Below are positions 19,344 through 28,566 of a stretch of DNA of 52,244 nt, one piece after another; position 1 is the first letter of the stretch; every line of letters begins with the position of its first letter. The stretch lies in the NCBI GenBank assembly GCA_964429275.1, contig CAYSBJ010000002.1, forward strand, positions 124,001 through 176,244. Direction: 5' to 3'. Both the position numbers and the translations under genes were made by a program. This stretch comes from an uncultured Pseudomonadota bacterium (GTDB lineage Bacteria > Babelota > Babeliae > Babelales > JAUPTZ01). The notes below the pieces were generated by a model. That model worked only from the letters and a program-made list of their open reading frames with translations, ran no database searches and was not told the DNA's origin.

Positions 19344-19761
19344 AATAGTTTTTCTTATTTCTGTATGCGGCGCGAGCGTACTGGTTTCTGCTCCTAACTT
19401 TATCGTAGCACCAGTTGTAGACAATGTCGAACGATCTCGCAATGACGTGAAAGAGGACTTTGGCAATTCACTTCATATGCTTGTCGATACATCTGCTCGT
19501 GTGCAGATGGCGGTTGGTAAGAGTATGATGCTTTTGGCTGCTTTGCAAAAGTCGACCGCTGATCAGGCGGCGGCTTTGGTAGAGGATTCGGCGCCATTTA
19601 ATATCGCTTCAACAGCAAAAATTGCCGATGCTCAGTCTAGTCTTCAGAGAGAAGTTACAGCTTTTGAGCAGATCCTTGCGCAACTTGAGAATTTGACGGT
19701 TAGGGTTGGTTCGCTCATTCGGCTTGAAGATCATGGGGTAACTGTTGAAAAGCAAAAGTGA
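19336..19761 (+). CDS. Hypothetical exported helical protein
   Basis: GTG start after GGGAG, overlapping the previous gene by 8 nt; signal-peptide-like N-terminus. Confidence 0.7.
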   Translation: MTKIVFLISVCGASVLVSAPNFIVAPVVDNVERSRNDVKEDFGNSLHMLVDTSARVQMAVGKSMMLLAALQKSTADQAAALVEDSAPFNIASTAKIADAQSSLQREVTAFEQILAQLENLTVRVGSLIRLEDHGVTVEKQK

Positions 19762-19925
19762 TCTTCAAGCAGCGATTATTCGCTAGCTTTTGTTTCTTAT
19801 TGAATTTACATACCTTTTTCTTGTAGTCTATTTTTGCTCGCTCATTCTTTGCACGTGCTCTTGTGTTCAAAGTGCGAGTACCGCCATAAAAGAGATGGCG
19901 GCGTGTTTTCATGTTTGGGGGATTT

Positions 19926-21392
19926 ATGAATATTAAAAAGGTAGTGTTGGCACTTGGTGTCGCATTGGGAGTCTTTGTCAGCACGCAAGCTGGGCCGGTG
20001 GATGGTCTTGTGACCACTTTGCAAGTGCAAGTGGGTACTCAGTTACTTAATTTTGTGAACAGTTCCTTGGCCAGCTCATCTGAGTTGCCGATGTTGCAGC
20101 GCATTATTGCTGGTATGGGGAGTAATTTAGCGTACTTGCAAGCGCAAGCGAATAGTGGTGATATGGGCGCTGCTACTGCATTTGGCACAATAGCTGGCAT
20201 ATTGGGAAGCGAGGATATTACTGTTAAGCTTCAGTCCACGGATGATGTCCGTAGATTGATGACTTCATTTATGAATGCTAGCAGTCTTCTTGAACAGTCA
20301 AGCCACACTACGGTGCCAACGACAAGTGTCTATGTTATGCAGTTGTATTACGATTTCTCATATGTACTTTCAAAGTTGCCGTCTGTAGTTGCTCCTGTAG
20401 TTGTTATCGGGGAAGCTCCTACGATAACTCCTTCGCCGCCAGAAGCAAAGCCGGGACGCGCTGGCTTGAGCGTTGGTGTTATTGCGGGTATTGCGGCTGG
20501 TGCTGTTGCGATAATTGGCGGCGCGTTGCTTGTTGCATATAAGGTTAATAAAAAAAGAAAAGCTGCAAGAGCCGAAGAAGATTCTACTTTTGAGATAGTA
20601 TCGCCGTCGCTTCTTCTAACTCCTGCGAGCCCATCAGTAGCAGCGCCTCTTGTTTCGCCAGAATTACCAGCTCAAACCGTAGCGCAGTCTGCTATGAGTG
20701 CGCCTGAGGTTTTGACAGTAGTACAAGCGCCGGTTGAGGAAGCGCATGATGATGTAATGCTTATTCCTACATCGGACTCTGCAGTACAGTCATGCATTAG
20801 TATGACTCAGGAAAAATTTTGCCAGCTTATAGCGTCGATCGTTGCACACAAATCACCCCCGGCAGCGGCTCCATTGGTAGCAGCGCGGCAACTGCCACAG
20901 CTACAAGTGGGTGTATTTTCGCATGCCATCATCTCAGAGACGGATTCCAAGGCTGCAGCTCCTGCCGTTTTGGACTCAGATGCAACTGTTGCTCCATTGG
21001 AAGCAGTGCGGCAACTGCCAAAGCTAGATGTGGTTCCAACTTCGTGTGACATAACTCCAGAGGTGGTTTCCGCCGCTGAAGTTCCTGACGCTTTGGACTC
21101 AGGTATAACTGTTGCATCTGCTGCGGTACCAGTTGCTCCAGTGGTTTTGAATGTCCAAAAAAGTTCTGCTTTAGAAATCGTAATTCCAGAGAATCCTTCT
21201 GTTCAGAATGTGCGAGATTCTGATCTTACTCTTGCCGTTAGCAATAGCGGACAAAAGAAGAGCGTAGCTGCTCAGGATAAACCGGAAAGTTCGAGTAAGG
21301 TTATAACTTTGCTCAGTCTTGCTGGTGCTGCTTCTGTCGGAGCCTTGGCGGCGCGGCTTAGCGCTTCGGCTTTGGGCCACTCAAAACTATAG
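19926..21392 (+). CDS. Hypothetical membrane protein with signal peptide, TM and an Ala/Pro/Ser/Val-rich repeat region
   Basis: MNIKKVVLALGVALGVFVSTQA signal peptide (ORF track start 19911), TM LSVGVIAGIAAGAVAIIGGALLVAY followed by KVNKKRK, and a C-terminal hydrophobic segment. Confidence 0.8.
   Translation: MNIKKVVLALGVALGVFVSTQAGPVDGLVTTLQVQVGTQLLNFVNSSLASSSELPMLQRIIAGMGSNLAYLQAQANSGDMGAATAFGTIAGILGSEDITVKLQSTDDVRRLMTSFMNASSLLEQSSHTTVPTTSVYVMQLYYDFSYVLSKLPSVVAPVVVIGEAPTITPSPPEAKPGRAGLSVGVIAGIAAGAVAIIGGALLVAYKVNKKRKAARAEEDSTFEIVSPSLLLTPASPSVAAPLVSPELPAQTVAQSAMSAPEVLTVVQAPVEEAHDDVMLIPTSDSAVQSCISMTQEKFCQLIASIVAHKSPPAAAPLVAARQLPQLQVGVFSHAIISETDSKAAAPAVLDSDATVAPLEAVRQLPKLDVVPTSCDITPEVVSAAEVPDALDSGITVASAAVPVAPVVLNVQKSSALEIVIPENPSVQNVRDSDLTLAVSNSGQKKSVAAQDKPESSSKVITLLSLAGAASVGALAARLSASALGHSKL
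20868..21113 (+). repeat. In-frame tandem duplication, 2 x 123 bp (41 aa)
   Basis: GCTCCATTGG(T/A)AGCAG(C/T)GCGGCAACTGCCA...TTTGGACTCAG..ACTGTT at 20868 and 20991. Protein units APLVAARQLPQL... and APLEAVRQLPKL... Confidence 0.85.
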
Positions 21393-21397
21393 CCCTC

Positions 21398-21425
21398 TTG
21401 CGTCGGATCTTATCCCTGCTATACT
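21398..21425 (+). promoter_or_regulatory. Putative ssb promoter (extended -10)
   Basis: TTGCGT-N16-TATACT with TG-n before the -10 box; AAGGAGG RBS precedes the ATG. Confidence 0.5.
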
Positions 21426-21467
21426 TTGCTTCACTAAGGAGCAAGCAAATTTAAAGGAGGCTAAAAG

Positions 21468-21941
21468 ATGGCGAGTTATAATCGGGTTATTTTGATGGGT
21501 AACTTAACGCGGGATCCTGAATACAAAACATTGGCTTCAGGGCAGAGCGTGTCTCGTCTAGGCCTTGCCTGCAATAGATCTTTTAAGAATCGACAAACTG
21601 GTGCCGTGACCCAGGAAGTCTGTTTTATCGATATTGATGTTTGGGGTGCCCAGGCTGAGAGCTGTCAGCAGTTTTTAGCGAAGGGCCGTCCGGTCTTAGT
21701 CGAAGGACGATTGAAGCTTGATAGCTGGGAGCAAGACGGGCAAAAACGCAGCAAACATACAATTGTTGCTGACCGTGTTACGTTCTTACAGGGGTCGGGA
21801 GATGAGGCCGGCCACCATGACAGTACCTCCGCTCAGGATGACTTTTCGGCCGTTGGGGCAGCGCCTCAAACGGTACGAGCAACTGGTGAGGTGAACCTAA
21901 AAGGCCAACCTAAGCCTTTTGAGGACGACTTACCGTTTTGA
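21468..21941 (+). CDS. ssb: Single-stranded DNA-binding protein
   Basis: YNRVILMGNLTRDPE, KGRPVLVEGRL and the acidic C-terminus DDLPF. Confidence 0.97.
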   Translation: MASYNRVILMGNLTRDPEYKTLASGQSVSRLGLACNRSFKNRQTGAVTQEVCFIDIDVWGAQAESCQQFLAKGRPVLVEGRLKLDSWEQDGQKRSKHTIVADRVTFLQGSGDEAGHHDSTSAQDDFSAVGAAPQTVRATGEVNLKGQPKPFEDDLPF

Positions 21942-21965
21942 CAGAAATGATTAGTGTGGTATTCT
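21938..21965 (+). promoter_or_regulatory. Putative rplU promoter overlapping the ssb stop codon
   Basis: TTGACA-N16-TATTCT with an extended -10 (TGG-TATTCT). Confidence 0.55.
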
Positions 21966-21982
21966 AGTAGCACAAGTATGAA

Positions 21983-22019
21983 AAGCCTTGCAACGCTCTG
22001 TTCAAGGCTTCTTCTTTTT
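21983..22019 (+). terminator. Terminator-like hairpin between ssb and rplU
   Basis: AAGCCTTG-caacgctctgtt-CAAGGCTT followed by CTTCTTTTT. Confidence 0.55.
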
Positions 22020-22044
22020 ATAACAAGAGATATAAGGTTTAAGG

Positions 22045-22395
22045 ATGAGCGCTCTGAAGACAGTTGCCGAACAACAAATGGCGGGACAATACGTAGTATT
22101 TCAAACAGGTGGCAAGCAATACCAAGCTATTCCAGGCAAAACGTTGGCGATTGAAAAAATCGAAGGCGAAGCCGGCGCAGCGCTGAATTTTACCGAAGTT
22201 CTTCTTCGTAAAACCGGTGAAGCGAGTGTAGAAATTGGTGCTCCATTTGTACCAGGCGCCGTGATGAAGGCAAGCATTATCAAGCAAATGCGCGGCGAAA
22301 AGCTTGTGATTTTCCGTCACAAACGTCGTAAAAAATCACGTGTTCGTAAAGGTCACCGTCAGCCAATCACGGTTATCCGTATTGAGTCGATCTAA
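22045..22395 (+). CDS. rplU: 50S ribosomal protein L21
   Basis: YVVFQTGGKQY and FRHKRRKKSRVRKGHRQPIT. Confidence 0.97.
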   Translation: MSALKTVAEQQMAGQYVVFQTGGKQYQAIPGKTLAIEKIEGEAGAALNFTEVLLRKTGEASVEIGAPFVPGAVMKASIIKQMRGEKLVIFRHKRRKKSRVRKGHRQPITVIRIESI

Positions 22396-22410
22396 TACGT
22401 TTTAAATAAT

Positions 22411-22446
22411 AAAAAAGGCCTCGGGGTAAAACCCGAGGCCTTTTTT
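22411..22446. terminator. Bidirectional intrinsic terminator
   Basis: AAAAAAGGCCTCGGG-gtaaaa-CCCGAGGCCTTTTTT. Confidence 0.9.
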
Positions 22447-22464
22447 GCTGCATTGATTCTTTGA

Positions 22465-23445
22465 TTATTCAACTATTGGGAGCTGGAGTAAGTTTGTAAG
22501 CATCCAGAAATCTCTATCATCACTTTTTAATTTCTCGGGGTCATTCAGCCGAAAATAAATCCCATGGCCAGGTTGGTCGCGCTCCAGTGCGTCGGCTCCA
22601 AATTCGCCCACGAGATAATATTTTGTGATATTGGCGCCGGTGCCCGACGATTGTGGCTTGGCTTGCTCATTAACGCGCGCAATCCAAAAGTTGTCAGGTT
22701 TACTGTAAAGGAGGATGTCAGAGAAGGATTCGTGTTTGCTATAGTGGCATTCGAGATGTTCTTTTGTTACGACGGCCACTTTTCTCAGAATACAAAGCAG
22801 CAAAATGTTGCCTTTTATATTAACCATTGCTTCTTTAATGTTTGTTACTTGGGGTAATTGGTTGAGGGCTTGAATGCCCTGTGTGCCAAACTGCCGATGG
22901 AGCGGCAGTAACGAAGCCTCTCTTTTCATTTTCCGTTGAAATTGATCATATGTGCTGCACGCAAGAGAATTGTTTGCTAAAGCACTATCGTTTGGAGCAT
23001 TTTGGAGAGCAGCGGCTGATTGCTCATTGAGATCGAGGGTTCCCATGCCGAGCTCTGCTTGTAATTCTGGGCGAAGGAACGGTCCATCAGCTGTTGTCGC
23101 TGTCGTTATAATGGTAGAGCCTTGAGTTGCAGGGCGCTGGTGTATTGAAACTTGTACTGGTTCGGTAGGCTTCTTTAAATGTAAATACCAGCTTACGATG
23201 GTCCCGCTGTAAGCGAGAACGAGGACACTGCGCCAGACCAGGAAAGAATTCCGGGCCGATTCATAGTTTTCGGTTCCTTCTGCGGCCTGCATTGTGCGAT
23301 ATTTGCCGAGGCAGTAGCGTGTCAGAGCAGCACAGGACAGCGTGGCGGCTCCCGGAATAAGAAGGAGATTGCCGGTGGTAGCAATGCTTGTTGAAAATGT
23401 GGCACAGGCTATTGAGAGTACGGTTAACTTTGTGATGTTTTTCAT
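22465..23445 (-). CDS. Hypothetical membrane/exported protein
   Basis: GAGGAG RBS before MKNITK at 23445 (ORF track 23481); signal peptide plus two hydrophobic segments. Confidence 0.75.
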   Translation of the reverse strand: MKNITKLTVLSIACATFSTSIATTGNLLLIPGAATLSCAALTRYCLGKYRTMQAAEGTENYESARNSFLVWRSVLVLAYSGTIVSWYLHLKKPTEPVQVSIHQRPATQGSTIITTATTADGPFLRPELQAELGMGTLDLNEQSAAALQNAPNDSALANNSLACSTYDQFQRKMKREASLLPLHRQFGTQGIQALNQLPQVTNIKEAMVNIKGNILLLCILRKVAVVTKEHLECHYSKHESFSDILLYSKPDNFWIARVNEQAKPQSSGTGANITKYYLVGEFGADALERDQPGHGIYFRLNDPEKLKSDDRDFWMLTNLLQLPIVE

Positions 23446-23518
23446 TGGTTTAACTCCTCTTTCGTGAACCCAGTCTCTCATAGGCCAAGGGCTTCGTCAA
23501 TATCGGGAGCGGCTTTGC

Positions 23519-24175
23519 TTACCAGTCGCGGAGCTGGCCTAAATCTTTATTTGCACCGCAGACTACAAGCGTATCTCCATCAACAATGATGTATTCCGGT
23601 CCAACCAAGATCAGCTCTTCGCTTTTATCTTTTTTCACTGCGAGGCATGAAACGCTGCGGGATTTGCGGAGTTGAAGCTCGGCCACTGTTTTACCGACAA
23701 ATGCTTCGGGTGCCATTATTTGGGTGATCGCAAAGTCTTCGGTAATAGAGACAAAATCGGTAAAACGGAGGCTGAGGCTGTTTGCTAGGCGGACACCGCT
23801 GTCCCGCTCTGGCATGACGATCTTATCGGCACCGATGAGTTTGAGAATGTCTTCGTGGACGCGGTTGCGTGCGCGAGCGACGACATAAGGAATTTTTAGT
23901 CTTTTTTTAAGGAGAGCGGTAATGACGATGGCGTGGGCGAAGTTTTCTCCCATGGCAACAATCACGGTGTCCATTTCATCGATGCCAAGGGCGTGGAGGG
24001 CGCTTTCGTCTTCAATGCGGTAGCAGACAGCCTGCGTGACCTGGTTGCGAATCAATTCAACCGTACTTTGATTTTCGTCGATAGCCAAAACTTCCATACC
24101 GTTTTGAGCGAGGCTCACAGCGGTTTGATAGCCAAAGCGGCCGAGCCCGATTACGCAAAATTTTACTGATTTCAT
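23519..24175 (-). CDS. trkA: Trk/Ktr potassium uptake NAD-binding subunit (TrkA/KtrA)
   Basis: VIGLGRFG Rossmann motif with RCK-N and RCK-C (FVGKTVAELQLR) domains. Confidence 0.93.
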   Translation of the reverse strand: MKSVKFCVIGLGRFGYQTAVSLAQNGMEVLAIDENQSTVELIRNQVTQAVCYRIEDESALHALGIDEMDTVIVAMGENFAHAIVITALLKKRLKIPYVVARARNRVHEDILKLIGADKIVMPERDSGVRLANSLSLRFTDFVSITEDFAITQIMAPEAFVGKTVAELQLRKSRSVSCLAVKKDKSEELILVGPEYIIVDGDTLVVCGANKDLGQLRDW

Positions 24176-24187
24176 CTGTTTTTCTCC

Positions 24188-25540
24188 TTAGCCAAGTAAA
24201 ACCCGTTCTTCGGGGTAGCGATACATATGTTTTGGTGCCTGTTTGCGGAGTGAAAGGACAAGGGTGAGCATGCCAATACGTCCTACCATCATGGTAGCCA
24301 TTAAGAGCATTTTGCTTAGGCCGGAGAGTAGCGGAGTGGCTCCCATCGAAATACCGCAGGTTGAAAAGGCAGAAATTGTTTCTATTAACACCATAACAAA
24401 CGACATGGTTGGCTCCAGGATTAGAATGGCGAAGGTCGCAAGTATGATCCAAGAAAGGGCGATGGTAACAATGCCGATAACTTTTTGCATTTGCTCTTGA
24501 GGGATAGTACGTCCATAGAGCTCTACATCATCTCGGTTTTGGATAATAGCACGAACCGAGGCGCAAAAGAGTACAAACGTAGTGGTTTTGATACCAGAGC
24601 CGGTCGATCCCGGGCTGGCTCCAATAATCATTAAAAAGAGTAGGACAAGAAGCGTTGCATGCGCCATGACATTTAAGTCGGTGACCATGAACCCAGCACT
24701 GCGCATTGAAATTGAGATGAAAAAAGCGTTGCCCCACGATTTTATGATGCTGAGATGGGCAAGAGAGGCATGCCGTTCAATGCTCCAGATACATACAGTT
24801 CCCAAGAGAATGAGGAAAATGGAGGAGGTTAACACCAGCTTAGTATGGAGCGAGAAGTTGAATAGAGGGCAGGTTTTGTGGCGAAGCCAGCAATAGAGGT
24901 TTTTAAGGCTATAGGCTACTTCATACCATACGATAAAGCCAATTCCGCCAGCGACAACCAAGAGTCCGATGATGCTCAAAACATAGAGATCACCGCTGAA
25001 TGGCATGAGGTTGTGCTCAAAAAGAGAGATGCCAGCATTACAAAAGGCAGAAACTGAGTGAAAAGCCGCATAGAAAGCCGCCTGTTTGCTGGGCATGTCT
25101 TGGGCAAAACTCTTGTACAACGCTAAAGCGCCCAGGCCTTCAAGACCAAGCGTAACCCCAATAATAGTGGAAAGAAACGTTTTTATTTTGCTCCACGATT
25201 CAAATTCAAACATTTGGCCGGCAAGCAATCGGCTCGTCATCCCTAAATTCAGAAAGAGGGAGGCAATGAAAAAGGAAAAAGTCATGAGACCTAATCCCCC
25301 AATTTGCATAAGCATGAGAATGACCCAATGGCCCGTTTGCGTGAATGCCGTTAGTGGAATCGTTTGAAGGCCTGTAACGCAGACCGTTGAAACCACAGTG
25401 AACAGGAGGTCAATAAACGCAATCGATTGTGTTCGGCACATGGGGAGACTGAGGGCAATGGTGCCGCCGATGATAATGGCACACAAGGCCAGAATAAGTA
25501 TTTTTCCTGGCGATGTGTGCCGAATTTGAAATGAAACCAT
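24188..25540 (-). CDS. trkH: Trk/Ktr potassium uptake membrane subunit (TrkH/KtrB)
   Basis: STVCVTGL, SAFCNAG, GASPGSTGSGIKTTT, SAFSTCG and GRIG pore motifs. Confidence 0.95.
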   Translation of the reverse strand: MVSFQIRHTSPGKILILALCAIIIGGTIALSLPMCRTQSIAFIDLLFTVVSTVCVTGLQTIPLTAFTQTGHWVILMLMQIGGLGLMTFSFFIASLFLNLGMTSRLLAGQMFEFESWSKIKTFLSTIIGVTLGLEGLGALALYKSFAQDMPSKQAAFYAAFHSVSAFCNAGISLFEHNLMPFSGDLYVLSIIGLLVVAGGIGFIVWYEVAYSLKNLYCWLRHKTCPLFNFSLHTKLVLTSSIFLILLGTVCIWSIERHASLAHLSIIKSWGNAFFISISMRSAGFMVTDLNVMAHATLLVLLFLMIIGASPGSTGSGIKTTTFVLFCASVRAIIQNRDDVELYGRTIPQEQMQKVIGIVTIALSWIILATFAILILEPTMSFVMVLIETISAFSTCGISMGATPLLSGLSKMLLMATMMVGRIGMLTLVLSLRKQAPKHMYRYPEERVLLG

Positions 25541-25612
25541 AGTGAGGATTACTACCTTCCTTTGGAGAACATGAGAAGTAAGGATGCTATTGTCACCCTA
25601 ACACCGCTCTTT

Positions 25613-26914
25613 TTAAGCGGTCAAGACTCTCACTATCTCAGTGAGCGGTACCCGTGTTTGTTCTAAGGTATCTCGATTCCGGATGGTGACGCATTTATCT
25701 TCGAGCGTATCAAAGTCTACGGTAACGCAATAAGGTGTGCCAATTTCATCATAACGGCGATAGCGCTTACCAATTGATCCGCTGTCATCAAACTGGACGC
25801 GCAGGCCCGCTGCCTTGAGCGTTGCGACTACAGGATGTGTAGCATCGTTTAGCTTTTTTACCAGCGAAAGGACAGCAACTTGCACTGGTGCTAAAGACAT
25901 TGGAAGTTTGAGGAGTACTCGTGCTTCGCCTTCTACAGTGTCTTCATGGTATGCGTTGCATAAAACGGCCAAGAACAGACGATCAACACCCACCGAACAT
26001 TCAACAACATGTGGCATATAGGAGCGATTGTTTTCTTGCTCAAAAACTGAAAGATCTTTGCCGGAATGTTGGCTGTGTTGCGTTAAGTCAAAAGCGCCGC
26101 GATGAGCGATGCCTTCAAGCTCTTTCCAGCCCATAGGGAAGTTGAATTCAACGTCGGTACAATTTTTTGAATAATGTGCTAATTCATCAGCATCATGGGG
26201 ACGGAAGCGGAACGATTCGGCTGCAAATCCAAGACCAAGATAGAACGATTTTTGACGGTCAAGCCAGATATTGAAGTATTCATCCGACTGCTCGGGCTTG
26301 CAGAAAAACTCCATTTCCATTTGCTCAAATTCACGGACGCGAAACAAAAACTGACGCGGCGTGATTTCGTTTCTAAATGCCTTGCCGATTTGCGCGATAC
26401 CAAATGGTACTTTGACCCGGCAGGAGGAGAGAATGTTTTTGAAGTTAATAAAAATTGATTGTGCCGTTTCTGGACGCAAGTACGCTTTAGCGTCTGCATC
26501 GACTAATGCACCAAGATTTGTTTCAAACATTAGGTTAAAACGACGAATTTCAGTCCATGCTTTATTGCCGCATGATGGGCATGGTTTTTCTGGATCAACA
26601 GAGCCGTCATCCGCGCGGAAGCGCTTTTTACAGGAGGTACAATCGATCATTGGATCGCTGAAGTTATCGAGGTGGCCAGAGGCCTTCCATGTTGCAGCAG
26701 GCCCGAGGAGGGCGCCGTCCATCTCTAAGACATCTTCCGAGAAGCTTTGCATGTGCTTGAGCCACGCTGCCTTTAGCAACCGTTTCATTTGAGCCCCAAG
26801 CGGCCCAAAGTCGTAGACACCATTGATGCCGGAATAGATTTCGGCAGAAGGAAAAACAAATCCGCGGCGCTTACAGAGCGCTACAATTTTTTCAAGAGTG
26901 ACTGCTGATGACAT
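25613..26914 (-). CDS. glyQS: Glycine--tRNA ligase, homodimeric alpha2 type
   Basis: KRRGFVFPSAEIY, YLRPETAQ, AFRNEITPRQFLFRVREFEQME and the anticodon domain GSIGKRYRRYDEIGTP. Confidence 0.97.
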   Translation of the reverse strand: MSSAVTLEKIVALCKRRGFVFPSAEIYSGINGVYDFGPLGAQMKRLLKAAWLKHMQSFSEDVLEMDGALLGPAATWKASGHLDNFSDPMIDCTSCKKRFRADDGSVDPEKPCPSCGNKAWTEIRRFNLMFETNLGALVDADAKAYLRPETAQSIFINFKNILSSCRVKVPFGIAQIGKAFRNEITPRQFLFRVREFEQMEMEFFCKPEQSDEYFNIWLDRQKSFYLGLGFAAESFRFRPHDADELAHYSKNCTDVEFNFPMGWKELEGIAHRGAFDLTQHSQHSGKDLSVFEQENNRSYMPHVVECSVGVDRLFLAVLCNAYHEDTVEGEARVLLKLPMSLAPVQVAVLSLVKKLNDATHPVVATLKAAGLRVQFDDSGSIGKRYRRYDEIGTPYCVTVDFDTLEDKCVTIRNRDTLEQTRVPLTEIVRVLTA

Positions 26915-26984
26915 GGTATTTCGGACTCCTTATCCTGAGTGAATAATTGCGAGACGCTATGGTAGCACACAATGACGTATCGTG

Positions 26985-27801
26985 CTATTTCTTCTTCGTC
27001 TTATTCTCTTCCTTTGCTGCTTTTCTTTCGGCGGCTCGCCGTTCTTGACGGCTTTGCTTAGGGGCCTCGCCCCCAGCTGCCCGCCTTGCTGCTTCGGTGC
27101 TGCTTATCGGCTTTGCAGAGGCATCCCGTCGCGCGTTTTCTTCATCGCAGGCGGCAAGAAGGGTTTCTACTCTGGAAGGCTCCGTGAGTCGCTGGCCATT
27201 AACTATCTGCACTTCTCCTGATTTGCGATATAGTACCGATCCTAGTGGAACGGCTGGGTCGCTGGCAGTTGGCACCACATAGCCGTAACCGTCTTGATCA
27301 AGGTAGATGATAAAATCGAACGCTTTACCGCCATCTGGGCCATCCGTGAGGCCTTTTCTGCGGAAAACGGTCACTTCTATACTTTTTTCGGCGCCGTGTG
27401 CTTCCTGAAATCGATCGACCATTTTTGTGCGCAACATATCGATCACCATTAATCGCGCCGTTTCCTGGGGAGTTATAGTCGCCTCATGGTCGGCATGGTG
27501 TCGTGGTGCACTACCTGCTATCTCCTCAGCACTTATTGCAGGCCCTTCAAAATATTCTGCTGTGGCGGATAAGTATGATTTCATGGTTGGAAAATGACCA
27601 GGATCAGGCATGTTTGCGAGTAGTATTCCGAATGCGTAACGAAGGTCTGACTCAAAAGCACTCCCAAAGAGCTGAACGCTGGCACGCGCTTTATCTGATA
27701 ACCCCCCCCCCCAAGGCAAAGTCCGCTCCGCTACAGACTCCTGCAAGTCCAAGGAAAAAACTGAGTATTAACGCTATTTTGGTTTGATAATTGTTATTCA
27801 T
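26985..27801 (-). pseudogene. Exported hypothetical protein split by a +1 frameshift in a G11 tract (phase-variable, or a sequencing error)
   Basis: ATG at 27801 gives the signal peptide MNNNYQTKIALILSFFLGLAGVCSGA, which stops at 27691. The long ORF 26985-27752 is in another frame. Removing one G from the run at 27702-27712 fuses them into 271 aa. Confidence 0.75.
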
Positions 27802-27936
27802 ATGACCACTATTTTTTTGGGGATTTTCGTGTGCTTCGTTTTGAGCGCCTGGGCGCTGGATACTTACTAAAACTGCGATAGGATGATACTTTTTTCTGAG
27901 GAGCCTGTCAAAGTCCCGGTGGCCGTTGCAAGCGAG

Positions 27937-27970
27937 AAAAAAGGCGATCACTTTTTACGGCGATCGCCTT
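27937..27970 (-). terminator. Intrinsic terminator downstream of hup
   Basis: Minus strand AAGGCGATCG-ccgtaaaaag-TGATCGCCTT-TTTT. Confidence 0.75.
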
Positions 27971-27999
27971 AACTTTTAACGAATGTTTGGCCAGTGACC

Positions 28000-28278
28000 T
28001 TACATGCCGCGGATGTTTTCCTTAAGTTGCTTGCCTGGCTTGAAGCGAGGAATGCGAACTTCTGGAAGGGTGATACGTTCTTTGGTCGCTGGGTTGATGC
28101 CAGAGCGTGATGGACGACGAGAAACCCAGTAAGAACCGAAACCGGTAAGAGATACCTTGTTTCCTTCTTTGAGTTCTTTTTCAATGATGCTTGTAATCGA
28201 CGCAAGTACTCGTGCGATGTCTTTTTTGCTAAACGCAGTTTCTTCACTTACTTTTGTTATTAATTCACTTTTGTTCAT
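28000..28278 (-). CDS. hup: DNA-binding protein HU
   Basis: MNKSELI, VSLTGFGS, GINPAT and PRFKPGKQLKE. Confidence 0.95.
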   Translation of the reverse strand: MNKSELITKVSEETAFSKKDIARVLASITSIIEKELKEGNKVSLTGFGSYWVSRRPSRSGINPATKERITLPEVRIPRFKPGKQLKENIRGM

Positions 28279-28329
28279 AGTAGCCTTTCCGGGTATTCAA
28301 ACGGTTAAAAGTAACGCATCTGGCACGGA

Positions 28330-28358
28330 AATGTATTGTGATAACCGTGCTTTGTCAA
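28330..28358 (-). promoter_or_regulatory. Putative sigma70 promoter of hup
   Basis: TTGACA-N17-TACATT on the minus strand. Confidence 0.6.
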
Positions 28359-28566
28359 GAGAAACAGAAATCTTTATTGCGGCAGCGATAGCTTTTTTGG
28401 GCTCTTGATATGCTATGCGTGCAAAGGGGGATCGTTTCACTTGTCAGCAATTTTCCCTTATTGAAATGTTTTTATGACTGTAGAGTGACGGATGAGGAAT
28501 GATCGTGTAGGATGGCGGCTCTTGCGGGGTTTTTTGCCTGCTGTAGCCAAGGAAGGAACGAGTTGT

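Noticed and set aside
27691..27951. 86-aa minus-strand ORF as an independent gene
   Set aside because: Its last 36 codons are better explained as the signal-peptide half of the frameshifted gene 26985-27801.
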